From contig JBMZBW010000001.1 in assembly GCA_049612785.1 (NCBI GenBank), forward strand, positions 7-64,006: DNA of 64,000 bases, in the 5' to 3' direction. Made by a program: the position numbers and the translations under genes. Shown in pieces: positions 10,981-23,930 of the stretch. The stretch is from Alphaproteobacteria bacterium. Lineage in GTDB: Bacteria; Pseudomonadota; Alphaproteobacteria; UBA7985. The notes under the pieces were generated by a model. The model was not told the DNA's origin. It worked only from the letters and a program-made list of their open reading frames with translations, and did no database searches. Every line of letters starts with the position of its first letter. The first letter of the stretch is position 1.

Positions 10981-11750
10981 GCGGAAACCACCTTGCGTGT
11001 TGGAATGCCGGCCTGGGCCATGTGATCTTTTACCTGACCAATGCTGTAGGTGCCAAAGTGGAAAACTGATGCAGCGAGCACTGCGTTAGCCTTTCCTTCA
11101 ATGATGCCGTCAACAAAGTGTTCCAGCTTGCCGACGCCACCGCTGGCAATCACTGGAATCGGAACAGCTTCCGCTACAGCACGGGTTAGATCGAGGTTAA
11201 AGCCAATTTTGGTGCCATCGCGATCCATAGAGGTCAGCAGAATTTCTCCCGCACCGCGCCGGGCGACGTCCTCGGCCCATTTTACCGCATCAATGCCGGT
11301 ATTGTGCCGACCGCCGCGGGTATAGACATCCCAGCCCGTGCCGTCTTCGCGGGCCTTCGCATCGATGGCAACCACGATGCATTGGCTGCCGTATTTGCCC
11401 GATGCACGATCGACCAAGTCGGGATCAGTCACCGCTGCAGAGTTCATGGACGCCTTGTCCGCCCCGGCGAGCAGCAGTTTTCGCACGTCTTCCACCGCCC
11501 GAACCCCGCCGCCAACGGTCAGCGGTACAAAAACCTGTTCCGCCGTTCGCGCGATGACGTCGTAGATGGTTTCGCGGTCTTCGTGGCTGGCCGTGATGTC
11601 AAGAAAACACAGCTCATCGGCTCCGGCTGCGTCATAGACCTTGGCTTGCTCAACCGGGTCACCCGCATCGACAAGATCGACAAAGTTCACGCCTTTAACC
11701 ACACGCCCGGCGTGGACGTCCAAACAAGGGATGACGCGGGCCTTAAGCAT
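10977..11750 (-). CDS. hisF: imidazole glycerol phosphate synthase cyclase subunit
   Basis: [12 protein letters not shown]...GADK...IASGG TIM-barrel signature. Confidence 0.95.
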   Translation of the reverse strand: MLKARVIPCLDVHAGRVVKGVNFVDLVDAGDPVEQAKVYDAAGADELCFLDITASHEDRETIYDVIARTAEQVFVPLTVGGGVRAVEDVRKLLLAGADKASMNSAAVTDPDLVDRASGKYGSQCIVVAIDAKAREDGTGWDVYTRGGRHNTGIDAVKWAEDVARRGAGEILLTSMDRDGTKIGFNLDLTRAVAEAVPIPVIASGGVGKLEHFVDGIIEGKANAVLAASVFHFGTYSIGQVKDHMAQAGIPTRKVVSA

Positions 11751-12474
11751 GGCACAGTTCCAGCGCAGCTTTCAGGTCGATCCGGCCATCATAGAGCGCG
11801 CGGCCTGAAATCGCGCCTTCCAGATTGGCACCGTTTTCCTTTGCATCACGCACGGCGCGAAGGTCTTGGATATCGGCAACACCGCCGCTCGCAATGACCG
11901 GGATGGAAATGGCGTTGGCAAGATCAACAGTGGCTTGCAGGTTAACCCCAGTCAGCGCGCCATCGCGGTCAATATCGGTGAAAACAATGGCAGCAACACC
12001 CGCGTCTTCGAATTTCTGAGCCAGTTCCAAGGCTGTCATCTCCCCGGTTTCGACCCAGCCTTCAACCGCCACTTTGCCGCCTTTGGCGTCGATCCCGACA
12101 ACAATCTGACCGGGAAAGAGGCGGCAGGCTTCGATGACAAGGTCCGGATCTCGCGCGGCGATGGTGCCGAGGATCACACGGTCGATCCCCGCATCAAGCC
12201 AGTGGCGGATGTTTTCCAGCGTGCGGATCCCGCCGCCAAGCTGCATCTTGCCGGGGAAAGCGGCGCGAATTGACTTCACGGCTGCATCGTTGATGGGCCG
12301 ACCTTCGACCGCACCGTTCAGGTCCACCACATGCAACCAATCGCATCCTGCTTCAGAAAAGGCTCTCGCCTGTGCGCCGGGGTCTTCGCCATATACGGTT
12401 ACAGCGTCCAAATCGCCATAAAGCAGCCGAACAACCTGACCTTCCTTGAGGTCAATGGCAGGGAAGAGGATCAT
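11743..12474 (-). CDS. hisA: 1-(5-phosphoribosyl)-5-[(5-phosphoribosylamino)methylideneamino]imidazole-4-carboxamide isomerase
   Basis: [17 protein letters not shown] start and IASGGV motif. The start was trimmed to the ATG at 12474. Confidence 0.9.
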   Translation of the reverse strand: MILFPAIDLKEGQVVRLLYGDLDAVTVYGEDPGAQARAFSEAGCDWLHVVDLNGAVEGRPINDAAVKSIRAAFPGKMQLGGGIRTLENIRHWLDAGIDRVILGTIAARDPDLVIEACRLFPGQIVVGIDAKGGKVAVEGWVETGEMTALELAQKFEDAGVAAIVFTDIDRDGALTGVNLQATVDLANAISIPVIASGGVADIQDLRAVRDAKENGANLEGAISGRALYDGRIDLKAALELCHA

Positions 12475-12475
12475 A

Positions 12476-13036
12476 TCAAGTGAGTTCCTTGGCGTAGTGG
12501 TGACCGGCAATCCAGCGGCCATCGACGAAAGCATACTGCGGCTGCGTTCCCCAACGCGTGTAACCCAGACTTTCATAGGTCCGGATTGCGTTGGTTTGGG
12601 TTTCCCGCAAATCCAGCGTCAGTGCTCGAAGGCCGATTGTTTGCGCATCGGCTTCAACGGCATCAATCAGCATATGGCCCAGCCCCTTGCCCCGCGCCCA
12701 ACTGGCGATAAACGCGGACGTCACGCGGCCCAGCATGGCTTGAGCTTCGTTGTTCCGTGGGTTGAGGTGCAGCTGGATCGAGCCGGCGATCAGACCATCG
12801 AGACGGGCAACAAAAACCCGGCGATCAGGGATGAGCATCAATCCCTGCCAATAGCGTTCCAGCGTGTCGCGAGGTGGCGGCGAAAGCCAGCCGAAACCGC
12901 CGCCCGCTTCAATTGCATCGACGGTTGCGTCACACAGATCCTGTAAGTCGCCTTCGCTCAGGTTTTCAGCCAGCGAAACCGATTTGCTGGCATCCTGACT
13001 GAAGACTTTTGAGCGTTGCGGCGTCACGGCTTCCAC
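12476..13036 (-). CDS. GNAT family N-acetyltransferase embedded in the his operon
   Basis: Acetyl-CoA binding motif region ([17 protein letters not shown]). 186 aa. Confidence 0.7.
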   Translation of the reverse strand: MEAVTPQRSKVFSQDASKSVSLAENLSEGDLQDLCDATVDAIEAGGGFGWLSPPPRDTLERYWQGLMLIPDRRVFVARLDGLIAGSIQLHLNPRNNEAQAMLGRVTSAFIASWARGKGLGHMLIDAVEADAQTIGLRALTLDLRETQTNAIRTYESLGYTRWGTQPQYAFVDGRWIAGHHYAKELT

Positions 13037-13650
13037 CTCAAAAACTGGGACAGCAGTTTCAGACCCATGGCCTGACTCTTTTCCGGGTGAAACTGGGTTC
13101 CGATCAGGTTGTCTCGACCGACCACGGCTGTCACTTCTCCGGCATAGTCTGTGACCATTAACTGGTGCTCGTCCTGCGCCGTTTCAAAGGCGTACGAGTG
13201 GACAAAGTAGACGTCTTCGCCCGCCAGACCGTCCAGAACCGGGTGCGATGCGCCTTTTTCACTCAGGCTATTCCAACCCATTTGCGGAATTTTAAGACGG
13301 GGGTCGCTGGGTTGGATGGGCGCAATGTCGCCCGGTATCCAGCCAAATCCCTCGTGGACGCCATGCTCAAGTCCGCGTGTCGCCATCAGCTGCATGCCCA
13401 CACAAATCCCCAGATAGGGTTTGGCTTGGTTCAGGGCAAAGTCGGTGATGGCTTCATACAAACCATCAATCGCCTTCACCCCCGCAAGACAGTCTGCAAA
13501 AGCGCCCTGACCCGGCACAACCAGATAGTCCGCAGCACGAACAGCCTCGGGGTCAGCTGTGACCTGCACGGGACTGTCAGCCACGCGCTCAAGCGCTTTG
13601 GCGGCGGATCGGAGGTTTCCGGAGCCGTAATCGACGACAACAATCTTCAT
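13024..13650 (-). CDS. hisH: imidazole glycerol phosphate synthase glutamine amidotransferase subunit
   Basis: MKIVVVDYGSGNLRS start, catalytic Cys in GICVGMQ, His/Glu near the C-terminus. Confidence 0.9.
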   Translation of the reverse strand: MKIVVVDYGSGNLRSAAKALERVADSPVQVTADPEAVRAADYLVVPGQGAFADCLAGVKAIDGLYEAITDFALNQAKPYLGICVGMQLMATRGLEHGVHEGFGWIPGDIAPIQPSDPRLKIPQMGWNSLSEKGASHPVLDGLAGEDVYFVHSYAFETAQDEHQLMVTDYAGEVTAVVGRDNLIGTQFHPEKSQAMGLKLLSQFLRWKP

Positions 13651-13653
13651 CGT

Positions 13654-14259
13654 TTATCCGTCCAGAGCACCTTTGGTCGAAGGGATCTGGTCCGCGGCAC
13701 GGGGATCCACGCTCACGGCCATACGCACCGCCCGGGCAAAGGCCTTGAAGCAGGCTTCAGCCTTGTGGTGGCTGTTCGCACCGTAAAGCACGGCGATGTG
13801 GACGTTGGCCTGTGCAGCGTTGGTCACTCCCTGGAAAAACTCACGGAACAGTTCGGTCTCCATAGTCCCGAGGGTTGGCATTTCAAAGGTTGCATCCCAA
13901 ACCAGATGGGGCCGACCTGAAAAATCCACGACGGCGCGGGCCAAAGCCTCGTCCATAGGAACGTAGGCGTGGCCATAGCGATTGATGCCGCGCTTGTCTC
14001 CCAAGGCCTCTTTGATTGCCTGACCCAGCACCAATCCGACATCTTCGGTGGTGTGGTGCGCATCGATGTGTAGGTCGCCTTTGGCCTCCACGGTCAGGTC
14101 CATGAGCGCATGCTTGCCGAACAGATCGAGCATGTGATCAAGAAAGCCGATTCCGGTGGAAATCTGGTTTTTGCCAGTTCCGTCCAGATTGAGAGTCAGG
14201 GAAACGTCTGTTTCACTGGTTTTGCGCTGCAAAGATACGGTCCGCGCGGATGAAGCCAT
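13654..14259 (-). CDS. hisB: imidazoleglycerol-phosphate dehydratase
   Basis: RKTSETDVSLTLNLDG...IDAHHTTEDVG motifs. The 324-aa ORF was trimmed to the ATG at 14259, giving 202 aa. Confidence 0.9.
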   Translation of the reverse strand: MASSARTVSLQRKTSETDVSLTLNLDGTGKNQISTGIGFLDHMLDLFGKHALMDLTVEAKGDLHIDAHHTTEDVGLVLGQAIKEALGDKRGINRYGHAYVPMDEALARAVVDFSGRPHLVWDATFEMPTLGTMETELFREFFQGVTNAAQANVHIAVLYGANSHHKAEACFKAFARAVRMAVSVDPRAADQIPSTKGALDG

Positions 14260-14329
14260 GGGGCGTACTCCGTGGATACAGGTGGTGGTGGCTCTATGTA
14301 GCAGGGTCTTTGGTTGGGGTCCAACCAAG

Positions 14330-14365
14330 GCTGTGACTTGCGACTGAGGCCTGCGCATCCTACGT
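14330..14365 (+). promoter_or_regulatory. putative sigma-32 type promoter upstream of hslVU
   Basis: CTTGCG, then 16 nt, then CCTACGTC, about 45 nt upstream of the hslV ATG. It shares the same CTTGCG -35 as the clpB candidate. Confidence 0.25.
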
Positions 14366-14410
14366 CTGTGACCAACGCAATAGAGAAACCAATCGGGAAA
14401 TATCACGCTT

Positions 14411-14989
14411 ATGAGCGATGAACACGTGATGCACGGCACCACCATCCTGTCCGTCCGCAAAGGCAACGAAGTTGTCGTGGCCGGTGATGGACAGGTGAGC
14501 CTGGGTCCTACGGTCATGAAAGGCACGGCAATCAAGGTCCGTCGCCTCGGTAAACGCAACGACGTTATCGGCGGTTTTGCTGGTGCAACGGCGGATGCCT
14601 TTACCTTGTTTGAACGGCTTGAAGCCAAGCTGGAGACTTACCCCGGACAGCTGGTTCGCGCAGCCGTGGAGCTGGCCAAAGACTGGCGGTCAGACCGTTA
14701 CCTGCGCCGGTTGGAGGCTATGTTGATCGTCGTAGATTCCGAGCATTCATTGATCGTGACAGGAACCGGTGACGTGGTTGAAGCCGAGGCCGATGGTGTA
14801 CTGGCCATTGGGTCGGGCGGGAACTACGCCCTGTCGGCTGCACGTGCGCTCATTACAATCGAAGATGACAGCCTGACAGCTGAGGATATCGCGCGTCGAT
14901 CCATGAAAGTGGCCGGTGATATCTGTGTTTACACCAACCATTCTGTGCGTCTGGAAAAGCTCGAAAACAAAGCGGGAAGCCAAAAATAA
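14411..14989 (+). CDS. hslV: ATP-dependent protease subunit HslV
   Basis: [21 protein letters not shown]. The mature N-terminal Thr is probably exposed after removal of a short propeptide (MSDEHVMHG). Confidence 0.9.
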   Translation: MSDEHVMHGTTILSVRKGNEVVVAGDGQVSLGPTVMKGTAIKVRRLGKRNDVIGGFAGATADAFTLFERLEAKLETYPGQLVRAAVELAKDWRSDRYLRRLEAMLIVVDSEHSLIVTGTGDVVEAEADGVLAIGSGGNYALSAARALITIEDDSLTAEDIARRSMKVAGDICVYTNHSVRLEKLENKAGSQK

Positions 14990-16302
14990 TGGGAAATACC
15001 AACTTTTCACCCCGTGAAATCGTCTCCGAGTTAGACCGGTTTATCGTTGGACAAAATGACGCCAAGCGCGCGGTTGCTGTTGCACTGCGGAACCGCTGGC
15101 GTCGTCAGCAATTGCCAGACAATCTGCGCGAAGAAGTGCTGCCCAAAAACATTCTGATGATCGGACCCACGGGTTGCGGCAAAACCGAAATTGCCCGGCG
15201 TCTGGCAAAGCTCGCCAACGCACCCTTTATCAAGGTCGAAGCGACCAAATTCACGGAAGTCGGTTACGTGGGCCGTGACGTTGAGTCCATCGTGCGCGAT
15301 CTGGTGGAGCTGGCAATTACTAGCACGCGGTTGCAGCAGCGTGATGCCGTGAAGGCCAAGGCGGAAATCATCGCTGAAGACCGCCTGATCGACGTGCTGA
15401 CTGGCGCAGAAGCCAACAACGACACCAAGCAGAAATTCCGCAAGATGCTGCGCGAAGGTAAGTTGGATGACCGTGAGGTCGAGGTTGACCTTAATGACAA
15501 ATCCGGTGGCGGTCTGCCGACCATGGATATTCCCGGCATGCCCGGCGGTCAGATGGGGATGATCAACATCGGCGACATGCTCGGTGGCTTGGGTCAGCGC
15601 AAGGTCAAGCGGAAGCTGAAGGTCAATGAAGCTTACGAGCAGCTGGTCGAAGAAGAGGCTGATAACCTGATTGATCAGGAAGACCTGACGCGGACTGCAA
15701 TTCAGCGGGTAGAAAACGATGGCATCGTTTTTCTCGATGAAATCGACAAAATCGCTGTGAACTCTGACGTTCGCGGCGGGTCGGTGAGTCGGGAAGGGGT
15801 GCAACGGGATTTGCTGCCGCTCATTGAAGGCACCACGGTCACGACCAAGTATGGTCCGGTCAAGACGGACCACGTCTTGTTCATCTGCTCTGGCGCGTTC
15901 CACCTGTCTAAACCAAGCGATCTGCTGCCAGAACTTCAGGGCCGCATGCCGATCCGGGTCGAGCTGAACCCGCTGACCCGCGACGACCTCAAGCGTATCC
16001 TGACGGAGCCGGAAAACTCTTTGGTCAAGCAGTATGTAGCTTTACTGGGCACCGAGGGCGTTTCGCTGGACTTTGACGAAGCGTCCATTGACGCTCTGGC
16101 GGACCTTTCGGCTGAGATCAATCAGACGGTCGAAAACATCGGCGCACGCCGCCTTGCGACAGTGATGGAGCGTTTGCTCGAAGAGATTTCTTTTGCTGCG
16201 CCAGATCGAGGGGGTGAGACCATCAAGATCACCGAAGCCAAGGTCCGAGAAGAAGTCGGCGAGTTGGCCAAGGATGCCGACCTGAGCCGGTTTATCCTCT
16301 AA
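14989..16302 (+). CDS. hslU: ATP-dependent protease ATPase subunit HslU
   Basis: [15 protein letters not shown] Walker A motif and an HslU intermediate domain. 437 aa. Confidence 0.95.
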   Translation: MGNTNFSPREIVSELDRFIVGQNDAKRAVAVALRNRWRRQQLPDNLREEVLPKNILMIGPTGCGKTEIARRLAKLANAPFIKVEATKFTEVGYVGRDVESIVRDLVELAITSTRLQQRDAVKAKAEIIAEDRLIDVLTGAEANNDTKQKFRKMLREGKLDDREVEVDLNDKSGGGLPTMDIPGMPGGQMGMINIGDMLGGLGQRKVKRKLKVNEAYEQLVEEEADNLIDQEDLTRTAIQRVENDGIVFLDEIDKIAVNSDVRGGSVSREGVQRDLLPLIEGTTVTTKYGPVKTDHVLFICSGAFHLSKPSDLLPELQGRMPIRVELNPLTRDDLKRILTEPENSLVKQYVALLGTEGVSLDFDEASIDALADLSAEINQTVENIGARRLATVMERLLEEISFAAPDRGGETIKITEAKVREEVGELAKDADLSRFIL

Positions 16303-16309
16303 GGCAAAC

Positions 16310-16831
16310 TCAGGCTTTCCACTGCATGGGTTGCAGGTCACCACGCAGGTAAAGCGGGTGACCCGGCTCCCCGTGTTTGGTGAGTGTGAAGGCTTTGAGC
16401 GGGAAGGGCCTGAGCAGGTCCTGAAGCGCAGCGGAGCGATCCAAATGCGCGCCATGCGTGCCCCAACCACAGAGCAATGTGCCGCCCAGATCATGTACGA
16501 CCGTCGCTGTCTCCAGAATGGTTCGGTCATTGTCCGGGCCAACGGGGTCGGGGTGGGCTTTCATGTTCTTTGGGTCAGTCGCGCGATAGGCAAAGGCGTT
16601 CAGGACGATTACTTCGCCGTAACCCCAGCCCGCCGCGTAGCGTCGGCATTTGGCGACGGTCGGGTCGTCTTTGACCTCATCGGCGGTGCTGGGATTGAGC
16701 AGGATGAAGGCAATCACCGGCTTTTCCTGTTCCAGCAAGCCAGCAGGTCGCCGTAAGAAATAGCGGTGAGACCGATCTGGGGACCAGGTTGTATCAGTCC
16801 CCGGAAACAGAATGTCGCTGGTGGTCGGCAA
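16310..16831 (-). CDS. DUF1643 domain protein
   Basis: The pattern IAFILLNPSTAD...GYGEVIVLNAFAYRATDP matches my memory of the DUF1643 family (about 170 aa). Confidence 0.55.
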   Translation of the reverse strand: MPTTSDILFPGTDTTWSPDRSHRYFLRRPAGLLEQEKPVIAFILLNPSTADEVKDDPTVAKCRRYAAGWGYGEVIVLNAFAYRATDPKNMKAHPDPVGPDNDRTILETATVVHDLGGTLLCGWGTHGAHLDRSAALQDLLRPFPLKAFTLTKHGEPGHPLYLRGDLQPMQWKA

Positions 16832-16835
16832 GCGC

Positions 16836-18095
16836 TTAGGGCCGGGTCTGGCCGGAACCTTCGACCACGTATTTGTAGGATGTCAGCTGCGCCGCTCCAA
16901 CCGGGCCGCGCGCATGCATGCGACCCGTGGCAATTCCAATTTCTGCACCCATGCCAAACTCGCCACCATCGGCAAACTGTGTTGAGGCATTGTGCATGAC
17001 GATTGCTGCATCAACTTCGCGCTGGAAGCGGGCGGCTGCGTCTGGATCAGCCGTAATGATGGCCTCGGTATGGTGCGAGCCGTGGGCGTTCACGTGCTCG
17101 ATGGCTTGATCAAGATCGCTGACAACACGCACGGACAGCACGGAATCCAGATATTCCGTGTCCCAATCTGCTGCGGTTGCTGCGCCGATACCGCTCACCA
17201 GTGCCTGTGTTGCCTCATCCCCGCGAATGTCTTCACAGCCGGCTGACTTCAGTGCTGCAACAGCGCTTGGGAGGAACTGGGCTGCTACGTCCTGATGCAC
17301 CAGCATGGTCTCAGTCGCGCCGCAAATCCCGGTCCGGCGCATCTTGGCATTGACCACGACCTGTTCAGCCATCGCCAAGTCTGCATGAGCGTCCACGTAA
17401 GTGTGGTTGATGCCATCAAGGTGGGAGAAGACCGGCACCCGCGCTTCGTTTTGTACGCGCTCGATCAAGCCCTTGCCCCCGCGTGGGACGATCACATCGA
17501 CGTACTCCGCCATTTTCAGCAACATACCAACCGCTTCCCGGTCTACCGTTGGAACCCGTTGCACGGCCTCCGCTGGCAGGCCCGCTGCGCGCAACCCATC
17601 CTGCATGCACTCGAGGATGACGCCGGAGCTGTTAAAGCTGTCGGATCCCCCACGCAGGATCGCGGCATTTCCTGCTTTCAAGCACAGGGCCGCCGCGTCT
17701 GCGGTCACGTTGGGACGGCTTTCATAGATGATGCCAATCACGCCCAAAGGCACAGCAATCCGGCGAATGCGCAAACCATTTGGACGGTCGGTCGTCTCTA
17801 GCTCTTTACCCACGGGATCATCAAGCTCAGCAACAGAGGCCACACCGGCGGCCATGCCCTCAATCCGCTCTGGGGTCAGCAGAAGCCGGTCGAGCATCGC
17901 TTTGCTCAGGCCTTTCTCCTCGCCTGCTTTCATGTCGATTTCGTTCGCCGCGACAATGTCATCAACGCGCGCACGAATGGCAGCAGCAGCAGCATGCAAT
18001 GCTTCTTTCTTCTGCGGTGCCGGGGCCAGAGACAGCGTGTGCGCAGCGGCGCGTGCAGATTTTCCCAAAGCGTTCATGCTATCTTGCAGACTCAT
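16836..18095 (-). CDS. proA: gamma-glutamyl phosphate reductase
   Basis: Aldehyde-dehydrogenase fold. 419 aa. It is paired with proB, which is typical. Confidence 0.95.
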   Translation of the reverse strand: MSLQDSMNALGKSARAAAHTLSLAPAPQKKEALHAAAAAIRARVDDIVAANEIDMKAGEEKGLSKAMLDRLLLTPERIEGMAAGVASVAELDDPVGKELETTDRPNGLRIRRIAVPLGVIGIIYESRPNVTADAAALCLKAGNAAILRGGSDSFNSSGVILECMQDGLRAAGLPAEAVQRVPTVDREAVGMLLKMAEYVDVIVPRGGKGLIERVQNEARVPVFSHLDGINHTYVDAHADLAMAEQVVVNAKMRRTGICGATETMLVHQDVAAQFLPSAVAALKSAGCEDIRGDEATQALVSGIGAATAADWDTEYLDSVLSVRVVSDLDQAIEHVNAHGSHHTEAIITADPDAAARFQREVDAAIVMHNASTQFADGGEFGMGAEIGIATGRMHARGPVGAAQLTSYKYVVEGSGQTRP

Positions 18096-18132
18096 GGCGA
18101 GCTCCCTTGCCCATCAGAAGGTGAATTTTATC

Positions 18133-20390
<2,258 letters not shown>

Positions 20391-20419
20391 TTATATGAAA
20401 CCAGAGTATCGGCGGTCGC

Positions 20420-20737
20420 TTACTTAGCGCCCTTGATGCCCGTGATTTTCACGACGGTCTGGTGCTGACGATGACCGTTGGTGCGACGGAAGTTTTTCCG
20501 GCGACGACGACGGAAAACCAGAATTTTCCGTGTGCGCTTCTGTTCCATCACTTCTGCGGTTACGGTTGCGCCTGCGACCGTTGGAGTGCCGAGGGTAACC
20601 TTGTCGCCTTCGCCGACCATCAGGACCTGATCGAAGGTGATCTTGTCACCGACTTCAGCTTCCAGCTTTTCGATTGGGAAAACGGAATCAGTTTCGACGC
20701 GGTATTGCTTACCGCCAGTTTTGATGACTGCGTACAT
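20420..20737 (-). CDS. rplU: 50S ribosomal protein L21
   Basis: MYAVIKTGGKQYRVE start. Confidence 0.9.
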   Translation of the reverse strand: MYAVIKTGGKQYRVETDSVFPIEKLEAEVGDKITFDQVLMVGEGDKVTLGTPTVAGATVTAEVMEQKRTRKILVFRRRRRKNFRRTNGHRQHQTVVKITGIKGAK

Positions 20738-20974
20738 TTATGTGCTGTCCTATTGTTGCAGCTGACGCTCTTGCTGTGCGGTCGAATCAACCGCGGGGCG
20801 CCTTGGCTTGTTGATAGAGCCGCTTTCCTATGCCCAGACCCGACAGAGGTCAATGAAAACCACCTGTTATCAGTGCATTGCTGCTGCTATCCCGCGTAGG
20901 GCTCATGTAAGCAACGCGTAATCGTAGGCTCGGAGCTGTTGCGGCTCTTTGCGCTTTGTCCTAGACACGGCGGT

Positions 20975-21064
20975 GGAGAGGTGCCGGAGCGGTCGAACGG
21001 GGCGGTCTCGAAAACCGTTGTGCGCGCAAGCGTACCGAGGGTTCGAATCCCTTCCTCTCCGCCA
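20975..21064 (+). tRNA. tRNA-Ser (anticodon CGA)
   Basis: Hand-folded cloverleaf: GGAGAGG/CCTCTCC acceptor stem, anticodon loop CUCGAAA, long variable arm, TTCGAAT T-loop, encoded CCA. Confidence 0.85.
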
Positions 21065-21132
21065 GCCTTTGTTTGACTGATGGCCCACCACGGGATCTCC
21101 CAAGGGACGCGCGAACGTCTTTTGGAAGAATG

Positions 21133-21909
21133 CTAATTTCGTACAGCAACAACTTCCATACAAACGCGATATCTTTTGCTAATTCCATAACGCACTGGGT
21201 TAAAACCGCACTCTTCCAGTAATGAAAACAGCCGGCTTCTACTGAAATTGTGATAGTGTTCCAATTCACCTAAGTATGGATTGGCATTATTTTTTGTCAT
21301 CAATTTCCATACAAGATTCTCTGTATTTGGCATGGACAAAGTAATGCACCCACCTTCTTCCATCTTGGAATGGAGAGAGAGCAAAACATCTTTTGGATAG
21401 GGAATGTGCTCTAGAACATCCATCATACTGACAACAGCAATTTCACTTTCGAAATCAATAGTTTCAACTAATTGACAGTACGCTTCGAAACCAAGCTGTT
21501 TTATTGATCGTACACTTGTGTTTCTCAAATCAACGCCAATCGGATGAAATCCAAATTCTTCTGCCGTGAAGAGAAGGGAGCCATTGCCGAAACCAACATC
21601 AAGCCAAGTTCCACTCGATTTATAGGGCAGGACTTTCTCAATGATATCAGCGGACTTTACTCTTTGCTGTTCAATTTGAAATCCAACTTTCTGATTTTCC
21701 TGTGTATTTTGGAATATAATTTCAGCGGCGTCGTCTGTGAAATACCCGTCAATAAATTGGTGGCCACAGTCGTTACAGTCCATCCACTGCATCTTTCGCG
21801 GTATAATTTTATTGTACATGGGGTGTTCACCGCAGTCCCCCGTCAAAGATTTCGCAATTGAATCGGAGCTACATAAGGGGCAGCGGTCATAGATTATTCT
21901 TGGTTCCAC
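21133..21909 (-). CDS. class I SAM-dependent methyltransferase with N-terminal Cys4 zinc ribbon, in a low-GC cassette
   Basis: CPLC...CNDCGH zinc-ribbon motif, SAM motif I (LDVGFGNGSL), and a conserved VLEHIPYP. The gene is about 38% GC against a roughly 57% background. Confidence 0.7.
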   Translation of the reverse strand: MEPRIIYDRCPLCSSDSIAKSLTGDCGEHPMYNKIIPRKMQWMDCNDCGHQFIDGYFTDDAAEIIFQNTQENQKVGFQIEQQRVKSADIIEKVLPYKSSGTWLDVGFGNGSLLFTAEEFGFHPIGVDLRNTSVRSIKQLGFEAYCQLVETIDFESEIAVVSMMDVLEHIPYPKDVLLSLHSKMEEGGCITLSMPNTENLVWKLMTKNNANPYLGELEHYHNFSRSRLFSLLEECGFNPVRYGISKRYRVCMEVVAVRN

Positions 21910-22122
21910 TTTTTTATGGCCTTCCTTATTTTATCATTTCTCACCGCAGCGCCTTTGCGCCTTCGAAATTGAGATTTTATAATTTCTTATTGAGACGATG
22001 CATACTTAGTCATCTTTATCGGCCCGGTCCTAAAGTTCAATAACGCAATTTTTTGATTTCCCTGACGATGCTTCTGGTAGTGGCAGAGTCGGGTTGTGTG
22101 CTTGAGCGAGCGCAGCCGGGGT

Positions 22123-23478
22123 CTAGTCTGCCATCCAGCGCCGCTGAACCCAGAAACGATGCTGCAAAAGGATAGCGGCGCAAAACAGGCCGACGACCAG
22201 CCCCAACCACACGCCAATCTCCGCCAGTGGCGTCCAGAATCCGAGCAGATAGCCCGCTGGCATACCCAAGGCCCAGTAACTTACGACAGCGTGGATCATC
22301 GGCGTTCGCGTGTCTTGAACCCCGCGCAGTAGGCCCATGGCCATAACTTGCATACCGTCGGCAAGCTGGAACAGCGCTGCTACCGCCATTAAGCCAATGC
22401 CAATACGAATGATCGCTTGAGCCTGTGGTTCCTCTGGACTGAGAAACAGTCCGATGAGAGGCCCCGGCAAGCCGAGGAACAAAAGCATGGTGAGGCCAAT
22501 CATCAGCAGGGAGCACAGGATCGCGACCTTTCCGCCACGGAGCAGGTTTGGCACATCGTCGCGGCCAAAGGCACGACCAGCGCGCACTGTCGCTGCCTGA
22601 CTCAAGCCAATGTGGACCATAAACATGGTGGAGGTAATCTGCATCGCGATACCATGTGCGGCGAGTTGCTGTGTGCCGATCCATCCCACCATCAAGGCTG
22701 TTGCTGTGAACAGGCCGCTTTCTGCCAAATGGGTCAGGCCGATGGGCCAGCCCAGTTTGTACACGGCGCGGAAGGCTTCCCAATCAGATCGCCAGAGCCT
22801 TTGGAACAGCACGTACTGCGGCAACTTTCGCCGGATAAACAGACACAGTCCCAGCAGCATCAAGCAATGATTGAGCAAAGTGGCGATCCCGGCGCCGGCG
22901 ATGCCAAGCTCAGGAAACCCCCAATTGCCAAAAATCAGAAGCCAGTTGCCCGCGGCGTTACCCACGCCGCCAACAACGGTGACCCAGAAAATGACCTGTG
23001 CCCGTTCCAGAGCCGCCAAGTAACTCTTGAGAACCATGACCAGCAGCGCCGGAAACATGCCCCATCCTGCGATCCGCAGATAAACCTGTGCCAGATCTGC
23101 GATTTCCGGGTTTTGCCCCAGCAAGCGCAAGATCGGCGCGGACCACCACATGATGGGCATGAGTGCCGTTCCCGCAATCACAGAAAGCCAGAGGCCCATC
23201 CGTGTCACCCGCCGGACCTGAGTGGGATTATCGGCACTGGCTGCGGAGGCCACCATGGGCATAACGGCATGAGAAAAGCCGCTGCCCACCACAAACAGGG
23301 TGAAAAAGAAGGAATTAGCCAGCGCGCCAGCCGCCAGGGCCTCGATACTGTACCAGCCGAGCATCACGGTATCGGTTAATCCAATAAGGGCGTGAGCAAG
23401 ATGACTGCCCACAAGCGGGACGCTCAACAGCAGCATCGCCCTGGCGTGACCTCTGAGACTCAATACTGTGGCTGACAT
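22123..23478 (-). CDS. MATE family multidrug efflux transporter
   Basis: 451 aa with 12 predicted transmembrane segments and a NorM-like repeat architecture. Confidence 0.85.
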   Translation of the reverse strand: MSATVLSLRGHARAMLLLSVPLVGSHLAHALIGLTDTVMLGWYSIEALAAGALANSFFFTLFVVGSGFSHAVMPMVASAASADNPTQVRRVTRMGLWLSVIAGTALMPIMWWSAPILRLLGQNPEIADLAQVYLRIAGWGMFPALLVMVLKSYLAALERAQVIFWVTVVGGVGNAAGNWLLIFGNWGFPELGIAGAGIATLLNHCLMLLGLCLFIRRKLPQYVLFQRLWRSDWEAFRAVYKLGWPIGLTHLAESGLFTATALMVGWIGTQQLAAHGIAMQITSTMFMVHIGLSQAATVRAGRAFGRDDVPNLLRGGKVAILCSLLMIGLTMLLFLGLPGPLIGLFLSPEEPQAQAIIRIGIGLMAVAALFQLADGMQVMAMGLLRGVQDTRTPMIHAVVSYWALGMPAGYLLGFWTPLAEIGVWLGLVVGLFCAAILLQHRFWVQRRWMAD

Positions 23479-23930
23479 CCGTTACCCTGACCTGACGCGT
23501 CCTTCTGTGGGACCGCCTGCCGTCAAGATCGACCCTTCATGACCTTTCATCAAGAAGTTTTGTCTTTCCCTGAAGCCCGTGTTGCGCGTGAGCGTCTTAA
23601 AGGGCGCTGAAGGGGCAAGAGAGGCGATATTTGTTTGGGGTGGGGCTGTCGTTTTTGTGCCGCGTCGCATCATAAAGTTGAAGTAGGGAAGGCGAAATTA
23701 CCCTTAGAGGGCCAAAATCACCCACGACTCTGAACATTATGCAACCCCGAAAACATTGGAAAATCGCATAAATAGTGATGCACGACTGCAACATTACTGT
23801 AAAAAGGCGCTGTAACCTATTGAAATAAGGCATTATCATTTCGTAAAAGGGCAATGCATTTGAATTTGAAGCGCACTTTATCAGCGCATCCGGTTGAGTT
23901 TTTTCAGATTGGCCGGGCATTTTTGGAGAA

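Noticed and set aside
14260-14628. N-terminal 123-codon extension of the hisB ORF (324-aa ORF)
   Set aside because: The HisB homology starts at the ATG at 14259. The extension overlaps the divergent hslV promoter and start and has no similarity to anything.
15031-15903. 290-aa minus-strand ORF inside hslU
   Set aside because: Antisense to hslU.
20903-21269. Two small minus-strand ORFs overlapping tRNA-Ser
   Set aside because: They overlap a structurally well-supported tRNA and have no coding features.
22417-23379. 320-aa plus-strand ORF inside the MATE transporter gene
   Set aside because: Antisense shadow ORF rich in Q, H and R. No ribosome-binding site.
23597-23920. 107-aa minus-strand ORF in the AT-rich region upstream of porin 1
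   Set aside because: It lies in a promoter-like AT-rich leader, has no ribosome-binding site and has atypical composition. It is more likely non-coding.
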